A DNA stretch of 64,000 nt from Azolla caroliniana (lineage: Eukaryota; Plantae; Polypodiophyta): the NCBI GenBank assembly GCA_043228905.1, contig JBHGNT010000007.1, positions 6,448,001-6,512,000 on the forward strand, in the 5' to 3' direction. Positions 1 to 14,399 of the stretch are shown in pieces. Below the pieces are notes generated by a model that was not told the DNA's origin, ran no database searches, and worked only from the letters and a program-made list of their open reading frames with translations. A program made the position numbers and the translations under genes. Within the stretch, counting starts at the first letter, position 1, and the number at the start of each line of letters is the position of its first letter.

Positions 1-996
1 AGATTTCTCTCTTGAATCATTGTATTCATCCTTTGAATCATTGCATTTCTCCTTTGAAATGATCCCACATGCATGAAGTGCAAACACAAATGTGTGTTTA
101 TCAGGTATCAACTCTTCCTTATGAAGTCTTCTATACAATACTAATGCTTTATATCCTTGATTTTGATCGACATATGCAGAGAGCATTGCATTCCATGACA
201 CTATATCCTGTCTAGGGAGTATATAGAACACTCCCTCTGCTTCAGCAATGGCTCCACACTTTCCATACATACTCACAAGTGTATTTACAATAAAACCATC
301 CAATTCCAAACCCATCTTACAAGCATCAACATGCAGATTTCTTCCTCTCTTGAGGTCTCGAGTTGCTCCACAAGCCTTGAAAAGGCTAACAAAAGTATAG
401 TTATTTGCTTGAATTCCCTCCTCTTGCATCTTTTGATAGATTTCAAGAGCTTCTTGACCTTTACCACTATCAGAATGAGCTGAAATGATGGCCGTATATG
501 AGAAGACTGTTCGAGAAGACAATTTCCAGGCAAGTGTGATCGCGTCTTCAATAGCACCACATTTGGCCAAAGTTACCACAATATAATCGCTCAATAAGGA
601 GGAAAGGATAGGTTTGCTTTGCATAAGATGAGCATATACTCTCATGGCTTGAGGTAAGTTCTTTGTATTACTACACAAATTTAAAATTGACATGTATGTC
701 TTGTCAGAAATATCCAAACAAGTGTGTTTAAAGAGATAATCAATCGATTCTTTGAGCTTCTCTTCATAACAAAGAGAGCGAATTTCTTCTTCGTCCTCCT
801 CTTCTTTCTCTTTTTCTCGCTTTTCTTCTTCGTCTTCTCTAGAAAAATATCCATCTTTCTTGCTGAAATACATTGCCCTGCTGTTCGAAAGTGAGGGAGA
901 ATCGACAACATTAGAGTGAGGAGGAGAACTATGCAAACATTGAGGAATGTGTCGGTTTCGGAGACGCAGAGCAATACTCAGAATTGGGCGATGCAT
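1..996 (-). CDS. PLS-class pentatricopeptide repeat (PPR) protein, 5' part, running off the window start
   Basis: Not in the ORF track because it has no stop inside the window. Manual translation from ATG 996 gives MHRPILSIALRLRNRH (transit-peptide-like), an acidic tract, then PPR motifs: VTLAKCGAIEDA..TVFSYTAIISAHSDSGKGQEALEIYQKMQEEGIQANNYTFVSLFKAC, NTLVSMYGKCGAIAEAEGVF..DIVSWNAMLSAY, IPDKHTFVFALHAC. Confidence 0.85.
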   Translation of the reverse strand, partial: MHRPILSIALRLRNRHIPQCLHSSPPHSNVVDSPSLSNSRAMYFSKKDGYFSREDEEEKREKEKEEEDEEEIRSLCYEEKLKESIDYLFKHTCLDISDKTYMSILNLCSNTKNLPQAMRVYAHLMQSKPILSSLLSDYIVVTLAKCGAIEDAITLAWKLSSRTVFSYTAIISAHSDSGKGQEALEIYQKMQEEGIQANNYTFVSLFKACGATRDLKRGRNLHVDACKMGLELDGFIVNTLVSMYGKCGAIAEAEGVFYILPRQDIVSWNAMLSAYVDQNQGYKALVLYRRLHKEELIPDKHTFVFALHACGIISKEKCNDSKDEYNDSREKS

Positions 997-1241
997 CGAT
1001 TCCTTGAGCTTCTCTTCATAACAAAGAGAGCGAAATTCTTCTTCTTTCTCTTTTTCTTGCTTTTCTTCTCCGACTTCTCTAGAAAAATATCCATCTTTGT
1101 TTGCTGAAACACATTACCCTGCTGTTCGAAAGCGAGGGAGAAACGACACAACATCAAAGTGTGGAGGAGAATTAATCAAGCATTGAGGAATGCGTCGTTC
1201 CTGGGGATGCAGAGCAATACTTCGAATTGGGCGATGCATCG
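747..1241. repeat. ~245-250 bp tandem duplication covering the 5' end of the PPR gene
   Basis: The block gagcttctcttcataacaaagagagcg...ggcgatgcatcga occurs at ~747-999 and again at ~998-1241. Confidence 0.8.
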
Positions 1242-2341
1242 AAAGGTAAGGAACAAGCAGGGGCTGCCCGCCATGGCAGAAGAAGGAGGAGGAGAACGAG
1301 AGCAAAGAATTCCTGGTATATATACATATACACTAGTGACTGTATATACACCTAATGTGGTTCAGAATTTACCGAAATACCCCTGAGTTTCCAAAATACT
1401 ACCATCACTACCCCTGGAGGGGGGGGGGGGGGTGTGTGTTAAGTAAGTGGAGTGTACCAAATGTGGCGGCGTAGTTCTTCCTAAACTTAATGATCTTCAT
1501 CAAAACATTCCTAAACCTAACTTAAAACAAGGCAGTGAAAAAAAAACCCTTTGCATTCTCCAGATTTAGATGTTCACAAGAGTGTACTTTTTTTTCCGCC
1601 TTCATGCAATGGCACGTGATTATGCGAGCTTTTTTTAAACTTCCAACCTAGGAAGGGTCAAAGTTTCAACCACCAATTTAGTCAATAGAGGCACTTGTGC
1701 CTTTCAAACAAACCACCCATGTTTTTAATATGCTCATTTTAGGGTTTAGGGTTGCATCAAAGACATTAGATGATATTGTATACCCATTACAAACACACAT
1801 TCTAGACATATATAACATGCTCAAATTGATGTATTAGAAGATATCATTCCTTTCCAATATCATATAGGTATGTTCATCAACAATACAAAGGAAGTAGATA
1901 CAAACAGTAGGTCATTATGTAGATCAAGCTATGGTTTCACCAAATCAATAAATAAAATCTTCTCATTAATGCAAAGAAAGTATACAATGAAGTAGTGTCT
2001 TGGAATCTCAATGCCATCATCAACTTACAGCATGTTTTGTTTTTCTTTTTTACCAAAATCAACAAAATTTGCCACGCTAACAATTGATCATTCTCTGTTT
2101 TTTGTTTTCTTTTGACCAAATCAATGGAATCTGCCACACTCTATTGATGTCGTAAAAATCAACTGTAAAGAATGCACACGCTCATCATATTTACAATTTC
2201 TATGACATTGGTATAATATTTGGAAGAAGAAATGATAAAACTTGGATAACCCTTGCTTGGAAGATTATATCCTGCTTGAAAAAACTTGTAGCTAGGAAAA
2301 AGCCCTCACAACTATCATAATTCCATTTGGGTTTAGAAACC

Positions 2342-4429
2342 CTAGTCCAAACACTTCTCTGAATCATCTGGAAATAGGCATTTTCTAGGTTTTCCACCTG
2401 AAAATCAATGAACGAAGTATGTTATCTTACTCGAACTTTAATAATGCATAGCAACAACAAAAAACTTATGAAAACAACAACAAAAAACTTATGAAAACAT
2501 TACTCTTGATGAACATTATTTGAGGGAAATTCTCAACAAAACAAATTTCAAGAATATGGCTATACCTTTAAGGTTAGGGGCAGAATGAATGACCTTCAAT
2601 AGCCCCCGTATCTCCTTAAGCAAAACCATGTTTTCATGGTCACTATTTGTTGAAGGAATGGATTGATGCCTCAAGAGAAGAGTTTGAGCTTCTAAGCTTT
2701 GTAGCCTTGAATCAATGTCTTCCAATGTTACCCTTTTGAATTTCCAATTTCCTTCATAATCTTCGGGTTCTACTCTTTCTTTTACATTGCTGATTGGCTT
2801 GGGACTAATGCTCGACACCAAGCTCGGTACATCAAGATGCTTCAATTCCTCCTCACAAGCTTCACTTTCTTGAAACTGGTAGTCCCTTCCCTTGTTTTCT
2901 TCATGCACTTGACATATCTCTTCTGGTATGTAAGCTTCCCAAGATGGACTGTAATTCATCTGGGCAACATCAACATTAACCACCTTTTCTTCTTCTTCTT
3001 CTTCTTCTTCGTCTTCCTCCATATTGAAAGCAATGGATTTCGAAGTATAGCTCGGAAGGCTTTCACACTCTTCCATGCCATAAGATTCTAAAGATCCTTT
3101 ACTAGACACTTTGGTGGTTAGGGTTAGATCCCTAGCTTCAGATGCTTGTAGTTGTTTCTCTAAGGCAGAAAGTTGGAACAACACAGAAGTTGCATCATTA
3201 TCATCATTGCTACCTTCAGTGGTCGATAATGGAGACATCTTCTTGGATGAGCTCTCATGCAAAGCTATGGTATCAGCACTCAATGGAAGATACTCCAAAC
3301 AAGTCATAACTGAGACACAAGACTCCATGCTTTCCAAATTGATTTGATCTTCACTATTGCTTTTCACATTGCCTTCTACAGCATTGCTTTCCAGTATAAC
3401 GCTTGTCACGCGCCTCTCCGAAGAATCTACACTTGCTATTGTCCCTAAACCTTTGGAATAGCAAACCTCATGCCATCCCGGAAGAGGCGAGCAAAGACTC
3501 GAGTAAGGGTAATGACAATCCTCGGATTCTTGCACTACATTCATCTCAGTTTTGCACACTGATTTTGCCCTGAGTTCATCTATCTTCTCTTCCAGGAGAA
3601 TACACTCAGTTTCTTTCCTACAAAGATTGTCTTCAAGGATTCTAATGGCCTCCTCATCATGGATGGCTTTCTCTTCAGCCATTCTTTGGAAGTGAGCAGA
3701 TTCTAGTAGAAGTGCAGATTTCTCTTCCTGTAGCCTCAATATCATAGCCATTGCTTCATTTGCCGCACTCTCCGCGGCACTCCGTTCCTCCTCCAACTCC
3801 GTGTATACACTATGAAGCCGGACATGTTCGGCTCGAACAGCCTTTTCTAGCTTCATCACCATATCCATGTGATCACAGCAATACGTCCTGTCTTTGATAG
3901 AGCAATCCTCAGAACCGTCAGTTATTCCACATTCATCGAATCCTTGTGTTAGTAGATCAAGTTCTTGGGTCCTTTGATCAAATTCCCCTGTTTTCTCATC
4001 AAATACTTGTGTTACTTGGTGATCAAATTCATCTTTAATATTATCAGAGGCTTCTGCTCTTTTACAAGATTCTTGGTGGGACGATGCTACATATCCACAT
4101 CTTGATGTGATTTGTTGATCTATTGCGGAACTGGGAATGATTTCTTCCTCGTCACTTACCTCTTGATCATCAACACAAGCCTCCTTGATATGGGTATTGT
4201 AACCACAAAACTTCATTGATTTAATCCCATCCATATCGGCAATACCACAATAATTCACGCAGAAGTGTTTCATAAGCTGAAAGACAAGGAAAGCAAAAGC
4301 TATTTGCAATAACAGAAGCAAAGCTATGCCAATTTCACAGGTTGCACAGAGTAGAAATGAAAGCTTCCACGGATTCCTATATGATGCCATTGACATGAGA
4401 TTGAATCCTTTCGGTTCTTCTTTCTTCAA
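2342..4429 (-). CDS. GTD-binding (zein-binding/DUF593, MyoB-like myosin receptor) coiled-coil protein
   Basis: 637-aa ORF with an N-terminal hydrophobic segment and the motif LYTELEEERSAAESAANEAMAMILRLQEEKSALLLESAHFQRMAEEK. A probable short terminal exon at 2397-2342 follows a GT donor at 2565 (inferred). Confidence 0.85.
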
Positions 4430-5044
4430 AATTTTATTTGGGTTTTTTTCTTTACTCCTTCTTCTTCTTCTTCTTCTTCAAAATTTGCTCAGAATAACTA
4501 GAGATCGAAAGCTCAGTAGAATTAGTCTTAAGGACTCCATTAATAGCAGGGGATTCTTTCCCATTTTAATATTGTTCAATTCAACCCAAAAATTAATATC
4601 GATAACAAAATTTTAAATCTGACAGCTTTAGAAGCAGTTTCTGCAGAATTAATAGCTTGCCTCTAAAAATCAGAGACCCAAAATTAGGGGTTTCGGATAC
4701 AAGGAAAGGAAGGGGATTAAACGTTCAAAAACAAAAGAAAAGGAAGGTTATAAGAGGGGAGCAAGAAAAAGAACAGGGGAGGAGAGAAAGAGAAAGAACC
4801 CACGAATGATCTGACAGATTCTAGTTGTTGTTTCTATCATTCAATTCTTGCCGAAAGGGAGGACTGATATTTTGGGTTTCTATAATAAATAAAAACAACC
4901 CCCACCCCCCAAAAGAAGAAAAATCAGAGCTGAAAATTGTTTTGTGTTTTCCTTCTCCATGTCCAAAATTGGAGCACTGTTTAAAAGTCTGTGCAGCAAC
5001 AAATCAATGACTATATGCAAATGCCTGCCTGCATGCTATGATAT

Positions 5045-5432
5045 ACTATGACATGGTATGTATGTATGTATGTATGCAGGCATGCATGCTATTCTATGTT
5101 ATGACACGGTATGGAATTGTATGTATGTGCTATTCTATGTTATGACACGGTATGGAATTGTATGTATGTGTGCTATTCTATGTTATGACACGGTATGGAA
5201 TTGTATGTATGTGCTATTCTATGTTATGACACGGTATGGAATTGTATGTATGTATGCTATTCTATGTTATGACACGGTATGGAATTGTATGTATGTGCTA
5301 TTCTATGTTATGACACGGTATGGAATCGTATGTATGTATAATGTATGTATGTATGTATGTATGTATGTATGTATGTATGTATGTATGTATGTATGTATAA
5401 TGTATGTATGTATGTATGTATGTATGTATGTA

Positions 5433-5465
<33 letters not shown>

Positions 5466-5505
5466 ATGTATGTATGTATGTATGTATGTATGTTATGCTA
5501 TGGAA

Positions 5506-5547
<42 letters not shown>

Positions 5548-5570
5548 CTATGCTATGGAATGTATGTATG
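5045..5570. repeat. Minisatellite (~41-44 bp unit gctattctatgttatgacacggtatggaattgtatgtat, 6 copies) grading into (TATG)n and (TG)n microsatellites
   Basis: Directly visible. The overlapping MYVC-repeat ORFs are artefacts. Confidence 0.95.
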
Positions 5571-8500
5571 CTCCATGTGAATGTAGATATGAGTTTGTTA
5601 GAACTTAATGGGGGGTTGTTTCCACTCTTCCCCCTATCCAATCATGACCTTTTCCAAAGTCCGCATCATTCTCGTCCATCTTACCTTCTCTAGAGTCCAC
5701 ATCATTCTCGTCCATCTGGCCATATTCTCGATGATATGCCCGATCGATATTCTATCCACCCAACCCCCTCCCCCCCCCAACGGCCTCGTGTCAACACCTT
5801 TCAAATCAGAACGAGAAAACAAAGTCATTGTTTCCCATTGTCTGCATCGTAGCTTTGTGCTAGTGGTACACCCCCATCCCCATCCTTCACTTAGAGGACA
5901 GATAGATGCCATTGTGTGCCCATGCAATGTCATAACCTCAAGTATCTCAAAAAGACAGAAGCCATCCCTCTTCATGTAAGGATTTTTCATTTCAGTAAAA
6001 CATATCCAAGTAGGTCATTTCTTGATGTTACCATATTAATTCTTCTTTTCATCCTTGATTCATGCCCTTCTTGCCACTTGGTAAGTTGTCTCCATCCTAC
6101 ATCAGGTGCTCGTTATTAGCTATTCCGTCACTTCGCTTGAATGGTCCAATTCACTCATACGAACTTTATTCTCCGTCTAGTAATAGTTAGATTATTCTTC
6201 GAATGTGGATGCCTTATTGAATTGTGTATTATAACTTTAGAGAATAGTCTATATTTATGAATGCATATGTGATTCAATAACTTCCGCATGCTATTAGAGA
6301 AGTTTGAAATGAAACGCATAAAGTTTTAAAATTTGTACCCTTTTTGGAGTTTCATATATAATTTGAACTCACCAACAAATGTTTTGAGAAGATTGGTTCG
6401 TTGGGTTACTTTAAGGAATCTTGAAAAGTAACATGAAATATTGGCTCTCACCTATGGTTGCCGAGTCCGCAAATCAGCAATGTAGTTTTATTTTTCTCAA
6501 ACCATATCTCCTCAAACAATATCATGTCTTGATTTAACTTATGTATTTAATCGTCACCACCAACATTGTGATGCAATAATAAACAAGAATTGTGTGCATT
6601 TAAAACATTTCATATATCTTCTTGTCGTAATTTCTTCCATGGAAACTTACATAGCAATTATTATTCACTACAATTGAGGACACAAACTCTTTTTTGTTTA
6701 AGTATTTGGGGTAATGTTGTGAAAGACAAATGAGTAGGTGGGTGTATACAATCAACATGAAGGATCACCAACACCAAAATCAAAGAAAATGTGAGAATGA
6801 CTACAACAAATGAAAAAGGGATGTCGTCTTTGCTTTACATGGGGATGGGTTCACCATCCAATTCCAAGCAAGTTGACACATTTTTGCATGCGAAGCACAG
6901 TTGTCATGCTCGTTAGTTACGTACATACAATATGGGCAACATATGTATGTTCCTTAGGCATTATTAATATGGGCTAAGTACATCCCAAATTCAATGTACA
7001 TCAAATGCATTTTTCTATTTGTTTACTGCATAAGTACATACTTCATGTATTGTGCATTAATTTTTACTTGTCTCTTGTGATTTATATTTTCCAAACTAGG
7101 CATCGAGGAACAAGAAATTCTAATATTTGTTGGGGAGTCGATCATGTCTAGCATGTCTAAATAATAATCTATACACTTTCCCAAGTAAACAAATTGAACC
7201 TTCCCATTAACATTAAAAAAAACACATATCTAATATATAATCCATGCTACAAACAAAACCGCACGAGTGGAGTTGGAGAATTGAAACAAAACAAAAAAAC
7301 AGCCACTATATTAAAGTTTGAGCAAGAAACATTGTTCAAATTTCATCTAGTAGTAGTTAAAAATTTACATTATTGAACATATCTCCTAAGATAATATATC
7401 TCAAACACAATAATTTCAAATGAACCAAAGACAAAATAGAACCACAGCAGTAGATGGCATTCAATCGATGACAACAAAAACAACTTAAATTATGTCCAAT
7501 GTAGGCATAGTACAATACATGGCACAAAGATATACAAGCGGGGACCATTAAAAAACTATCCAAAGATTCATGAGGTTGAAAGTTTAAGCCGGGGGTAGTT
7601 ATGGCTGAATAATTAAAGGGGGCTATTAAAATCATAATAACCAAAGCATATAAATTGATATTGCATTAATACATCTTATGAACATAAAAAGGTATCGAAT
7701 GTAAAGAAAGGTTTCTACGATTATTCCCAAAGGCATTGTACAATAATGGAGGCGTTATAATTGTAACTTGAGAACAACATTAGGCTGAACAATAAATGTT
7801 TGTAACAAAATCAAAATTTAGAAAAATAATATATTATGCAATGAATCATAGCTTCTTTTCTCTATAGTAACACCATATAAATCAATCCATAATTTCTTGT
7901 CATATATATTTTGTTAGATATCTCATACATCACATGGATGTGGCAATTTCTTGCTTACCTAAATCTTTCTCAAAGCCGATGTTGTGAAAAGCACGAACTT
8001 TCTCCAATGTTACCACAATGTTTAGTATTTGCCAATCTAACTACGGATGCATTATATAATTTTGCCAATTCCCACGGAATTACCTTGCTAGAAACATGCA
8101 TTTACCCACGATGATGGCCTAAAAAGTCAATGATCATTATATCTAGTATTTCATCTTGTGAATTTTTACAAAACATATGTTAAGTTGTTCCACTTGCCTT
8201 TATTTTAAGCAATAACTTCATTCGCAATGTTTCACAACTTTTCCATTGTGTAAATTTCCGCAAATGTATCATTAGTAATTATTTAATCCCGATAAACAAC
8301 ATCACACTAATTCTACATTAAAAAGGTTAATACAAAGTCGTTTTAAAGTATAGTATTCAACGTAATTTCAAGCACACTAATGTTTACCTCGAGTATGTAC
8401 CATTACATCAAAAAACGGAAACATATTCCAAAAGTAGCAACTAGAGGTCACAACCTATGTAGTGATATATAATGTAAGATTATTTTACAAAAAGTTAAAA

Positions 8501-8743
8501 AAAAAACAAGGAGACCCAAATATATGTTGGCTAAGAGATCAAGAGACGTCCATATACCTCACATTGTAATCATAAATAGACCCGAGTATATGTAGGCTAA
8601 TTGAATGGGAGACATCCATGTACCTCGTGTAAATATGTTGACTTGTTTTAGCATCATTTATTCGATAAATGAATAGCTAGCTTGCGACACCAAAATTGAT
8701 CTCCTCAAGCAAAAGATAGAAAACAAAAGGCTCAAAACATATG

Positions 8744-9185
8744 TGTTGAGAGATCAAGCTCAACTTAGTTTAGTTAGTTAGTCAACCATGTAACTTCGTA
8801 GTTACCTAGATAGAATCTAGTTAGAAGTGTTATAACGCCTTAAATATGACCTTGTACTTAAGTGAGATATTCTAGATCCTCCACTCCTAAGTACATTTAA
8901 TATAGGACTTACACCTTTGTACCTATATTATCCTCACACATGTGCACCCTTGCACATGAAATCTATATATACCTTGTTGTAGGTATTTTTGTATTTGATG
9001 ATGATTATTATTATGTTGCTAATTTAATATAGAGTTTATCATCCCCCATCTTGTGTTGTTCATAAGTGTAACTTCCTCTCCCTCTTTTCCTCTCACACAC
9101 ATATCACTTAATCTTCCGCTTATCAACTCTTCACATAATTAGGTACTAATTAATCCTTGCTTAATTACTTACCTAATTCTTAACA
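8744..9185. mobile_element. Solo LTR (442 bp)
   Basis: Ends TGTTGAGA...TCTTAACA, flanked by 5-bp TSD ATATG (8739-8743 and 9186-9190). Confidence 0.75.
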
Positions 9186-9689
9186 ATATGTATATAGGCC
9201 AAAGGATACAAATATTAGTCCTATTGTAAATTATACATACCATGTTGATACATGTTATAGACTCCAAAGTCTCAAGTGGCTAAACTTAAACTTGTATATT
9301 TTTTTAGATGCGAAAAAAATAGATAGCCATGTTTCCTTGGTTGAAAAAATGGGGAACATAAAATTTTAAGAATTTGTTTTACCTATAAGGTCACATTCGA
9401 AGTTGTGGGTGTTGGCCAAAAAACCTTTGTTCAAATTAGATTGGAACTCAGTTGATTATCATTGGACATAGCCATTTACTGGTAACAACTTTAATTTTTT
9501 CCAATACTCTATATAGTTGGGATCTTGTAAAATTGTTACACTGATATGGTCTGAGAATGCCCTAGAGGTAAGGAGATCATGCATCGTAGAAATGGGAAGC
9601 ATGGATGGAAAAGCCCAACAAGTTTGACACAACAGAAAAATATGAGAACAAACCATGCAATGCAGATGAATGAAGATGGATAAAAGTAT

Positions 9690-11720
9690 ATGAACAATAA
9701 AGGAAAACAAAAAATTATGCTCGGACAAGAATGGCTTCCACTTAGCAACAAATATGAACTCTTAACCTTAGAGGACAATGAAAACATCGTTAATGACAAG
9801 GAAGCAAGATCAAAGGCACATTCAGAGAGCAACTTTGTGAATGTTATTAATGATATGCAGACTTTGCAGCAAGTAGACAATGTGTTAGTGTTTGAAACTA
9901 ATTAGATGCATCAAGAATGTATGGATGAGGTAGGAGAAATAAGAAATCAAAAGGATGTAAGCCCCTTGAAAGAGCAAGATAAATTGCTAGTGACAACCCA
10001 ACATATTAAGGGGATAGCAAAAATGAAAAGGCACATGCGTGCTAGAAAAGAGGAAGAGAATGGGATGGAGAAAAATAAAGGTATGTGTAAATGGTCAAGA
10101 GTGAAATGGAATCCTCAATACAAAGTGACCCCCCTATTGAATACTGGGCAACAAATCAAATTGAAACTGACAGGCAAAAAGTGGTTCAAGGAAATGTATG
10201 GAGCTGAGATGAAGAAGGACAACATGTGTAGAATCAATATCTATAGTAATTGTGAGAGAAAAATAAAGGTATGCGTAAATGGTCAAGAGTGAAATGGAAT
10301 CCTCAATACAAAGTGACCCCCCTATTGAATACTGGGCAACAAATCAAATTGAAACTGACAGACAAAAAGTGGTTCAAGGAAATGTGTGGAGCTGAGATGA
10401 AGAAGGACAACATGTGTAGAATCAATATCTATAGTAATTGTGAGGATGAAGGTCAAACCACTGGACTGTCCTATATGCTGGTCGCGGGAAATAAGGAACC
10501 CCACAACAGAGAAGAAGCACTTGGACGATTGGAACAACAAATGGGTGCTCATGTAGATTCAACATATGGTACCGCAATAAGTGTGAAAATGAAAAGACAA
10601 TGGAAAGATGCCATGATATGGAGCTCGGGCAAGTCAAATGAGCAAGGCATATGGTATATAAACGTGAAATTTAGGAAGCTGCCTCGAATGATCACGGAAT
10701 TCATGGTATACCACCTTGAAATGGTGACACTAGAAGAGGATAATCTCCAATATATGATCTTAGCGAACCTAGTGGAAGTTGAAAATGCATTGGTTGGGCC
10801 ACTAAAGAGGCACGATATATGTTGAAATGAATCTTAGCTTGCTAACATGGAATATACAAGGAATTGGTGGCAGCCAATTCCACATGAGGAAGAATGTATT
10901 AGCTATTGAAATTCAGCGATGCACTGAGGCAATAGTGCCTGATGATATCATGGTGCAAGAGCATCATCTAGATGGGGATAAGATCGACAAAATTGGAAAC
11001 ATCTACCCTGGGAGTTGGACCAATACATGGTCGATAGCTACGAGGGACAAATAAATTCATGGGGGAGTACTCATAGCAATGAAAGCTAAGTATAATGCAA
11101 CATTCACAGGTAGAGGATGTTTAGTAGAGGGTCGAGCTGCCTATATAAGGATAAAACACATATATGGGCACTTGGGCATACTGAACATATATGCCCCAAA
11201 TTCTGCTACCAAAAGAAAGGAATTCTGGTTGCAACTAGTGGACAAGAAACCGGATGCAAATCTGTGTATCATTGGAGGAGATTTTAATATGGTGGAGCAA
11301 CAAGAAGATAGAAGCAGAAATGCAAATGGCATGATGCAAGGGGTGGGAAAAGATGCATGGGATAAGTTTTGTTTAGCATATAATGTGATAGACTGTTGGA
11401 ATGCATCTAACTTTCAGATGCAAAAAGAAAAATCTCTTCTATACTCTAGAGTAGGAGGAAGCGTTCATGGCAAGACAATGTCTAGGTTGGACAGATGGTA
11501 TTTGGACCCTCAGCTCATAGATATGAAAGGCAAATGCATAATTTGTCCTGGAACGATGTTCTCAGACCATGCACCCGTCCTGTTACATATAAAGGAAAAC
11601 ATTCGATGCAATCCACATAATGTGAAGGTGAGCAAGGAGTTGGTCATGGACAATAAATGGACTAATGATATAAGAAGACTATGGTCTAATGTCAAATGGA
11701 TGTATCATGATCCCGCTCAT
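9690..11720 (+). mobile_element. Degenerate LINE (L1-like) fragment: ORF1-like remnants plus the ORF2 APE endonuclease, 3'-truncated
   Basis: Motifs LLTWNIQG, MVQEHH, LNIYAPN, IIGGDFN, SRLDRWY and SDHAPV; in-frame stop at 11052-11054; no RT domain follows. Confidence 0.85.
10066..10445 (+). repeat. ~190-bp tandem duplication inside the LINE remnant
   Basis: KWSRVKWNPQYKVTPLLNTGQQIKLKLT...INIYSNCE is encoded twice, nearly identically. Confidence 0.9.
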
Positions 11721-12017
11721 AAGGTTCCCATGCTTCCCATTCCAATACTCTGTACAGTTAGAGTTCAAAATCTTGTAAAATTGTTACACTAATAGTAACG
11801 AAAGGATATATTTTTTCAAAAAGAAAAGAAAAGAAAAGAAATTGTTTTCACTCTTCTCCTTTGAGTTTTTATTTTTGTTTATTATTAAATTGGCTATTTT
11901 CTAAACCTTATTTTTAATTCATTTTTATATTTTAAAACTTTATCTTACATTAAATACAGGATTTCACCTTCCATAATTTATCTAAAATCTATACTAAAAA
12001 TATATGTCATCCTCGAT

Positions 12018-12480
12018 TAACAATCGACAACGGTTCGGTTTGAACCAAACCGAACCGCTAAATCACGGTTTAACGACTTAACAGTTTCAATGGTCCGGTT
12101 CGGTTTCGGTTCGGTTTCAACCGTCAAAAATCGCGATTTAAATGGTTAAACGGTTTATTATTTATTATTTATTAAAAATTCTAAAAATTCTAAAAAATTG
12201 TTTTTAAACAATCTTTTCATTTTCAGACCTTATTCTCACATTTTAGGAACATCTTAAAAATTTTAAAAAATGAAATATTATAAATTTTAAAAAATAAAAA
12301 ATTTGACCTATGTTGAAAACCGAAACCGAACCTCGAAACCGCGGTTTTTACGGTTTGAATAATGTTTAATGGTTCAGTTTTACGGTTTCATGGTTTGGCT
12401 CGGTTTGGTTCAGGTTTAAAAAAAAAAAAACGGTTCGGTTTGGACGCTCTCAAACCGACCCGAACCGTTGCCTATTGTTA
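12018..12480. mobile_element. Non-autonomous hAT-type element / MITE
   Basis: TIR TAACAATCGACAACGGTTCGG / CCGAACCGTTGCCTATTGTTA; 8-bp TSD TCCTCGAT (12010-12017 and 12481-12488); many subterminal AACCG/CGGTT motifs. Confidence 0.85.
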
Positions 12481-12555
12481 TCCTCGATGCCTAATTTACT
12501 CATTCTATATGTATACAATATACTGAATGCCACTTTTTAATACTCTCTCCTCTCT

Positions 12556-12594
<39 letters not shown>

Positions 12595-14399
12595 CAAGTT
12601 ACAACACAAAAACTTATACTAAGTTCTAAGTTCTAATTATTACTACTTACTATGCTCTAATTAGGAGAAGCTCTGATGTTTGTTGATTGCCACCTCTTGT
12701 TTATCAATTGAAATTTTAAAAAACCTTACACCATTTTATAGTGTGCCAAATTTTTTACCTATCAAGTTTGTGATAATTTTTTCCAAATCATGCTTGCCAA
12801 ATATATGACAATATTTCAACGCAAATTATCACGAAATTTATCAATGGAATGCCAAAAATATTGTTTCTCCATCTTTGTTAATATGTAATTAGCACTTCTA
12901 TCTCTTCCATTTTCTAAAGTTCAAACAAACTACCCCATTGCTAGGTCATCCAACAACACTTGCATAAGACCATCTAGATGCAATGTGATAAGTTATTACT
13001 TTTCGTCTCATTCATGACATTTTTCCTAGAGAACTCTCTCTCATAATCAACAATTCTATTATGGTGTAAGCGAAATAATTTGCCATAATCTCATCAAAAT
13101 AAGGGAATGATCAAAACAATCCTTTTGTTTGTAAAACATATACCAAGCTTCATGCATGGTGTAACCTTCACAATTCAAGTGCAACATATCAATAAAGCCA
13201 TAGAGTTCCACTTGACAACTCTTTTGCGTTGTGTGCTTGTTGAGAACATGCATAGACATGAATATTTGGTTGTAAGCGAGAAATAAAAAGTTTTAGCCAT
13301 CCTTTTACAGTTGAAACCCTTATAACATCATCAAGGGCAAATGACATGCACTAAATAAAAGAGACGTAAGTATGGGAACCTTGCATTTAGTCCAACTATT
13401 ATCGTTTGAACATAATGTTGAGATGTTTGGATATGGCTTTCAACTTATCCATGTGAGGCATCATTCCTCGAAATTTGGAATCATACTTGATAATTCTTAT
13501 ATACATGGAAGCCCCTTCATGCATAAAAGTGTGCATGTTACAATGTCATATTTGTTCACTATTTCCAAATATCTAGCATGTGAGATTGACCTTGAGAGAG
13601 AGAGAGAGAGATCAACGGTACTTACTTTGCTGGATTATAGCGGGAAAGCACTAGAAGAAAATGATAGAGCAATTGTTGAGTTGTATGAGGGGGGAGAAGA
13701 GGGAGAGAAAAAGGTTTAGGCTATGTGTGTGTGTGTGTGTGTGTGTCTCTCTCTCTCTCTCTCTCTCTCTAGTGTGACATGTATAATAGTTTATGCTAGT
13801 TTACTATAAAATTTACCTATTGTTTTAACAATCTTACAAAAATTGCTTGACAATAATGAGCAGAGTTATATATAGAGGGAAACTCCTAATTTTAAGGCCT
13901 CTTTTGTGTGGTACCAAATGATAAAGATTCATGCTATTTCTAGTGCAATAAGTTAGTTTCAAGGTTTGGTACTTGGGGTACCTTTTTGGTTGTGGCAAGC
14001 ATACCACTTATGTTGGTTGAAAGCCATCTTCCCTACATAGAGGGCAATGAGCATGTGTTGAGTTCAATTGGATAGGGTTAGTATAGCACCTTTTTTCTTC
14101 TTAAGGTAGATAGATGTATTATGAACTTATGTTTTACATGATCGAGTCACATGTGTCAATTGAGCCACATTTGACCAAGTGACTCGATAGAGTGATAGTT
14201 GAGCAAATGATTTGATTATAACAATTGCACAAATGATTCGATTAAGTCACAAGAGTAGTGACTTAAGAGTGATAAAAGTTCTTAAATTAGTTGGATAGAA
14301 TCTTAAAGGAATAAAATTATTACTTGCAAGTTATACCCCTTCATGAAGGTAGTTAGCCTTCTTACATATGCTCTAAACCTAGCCCTTTATTTGTTTCAT

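Noticed and set aside
5058-5693. 211-aa and 87-aa MYVC-repeat ORFs
   Set aside because: They are translations of micro- and minisatellite DNA.
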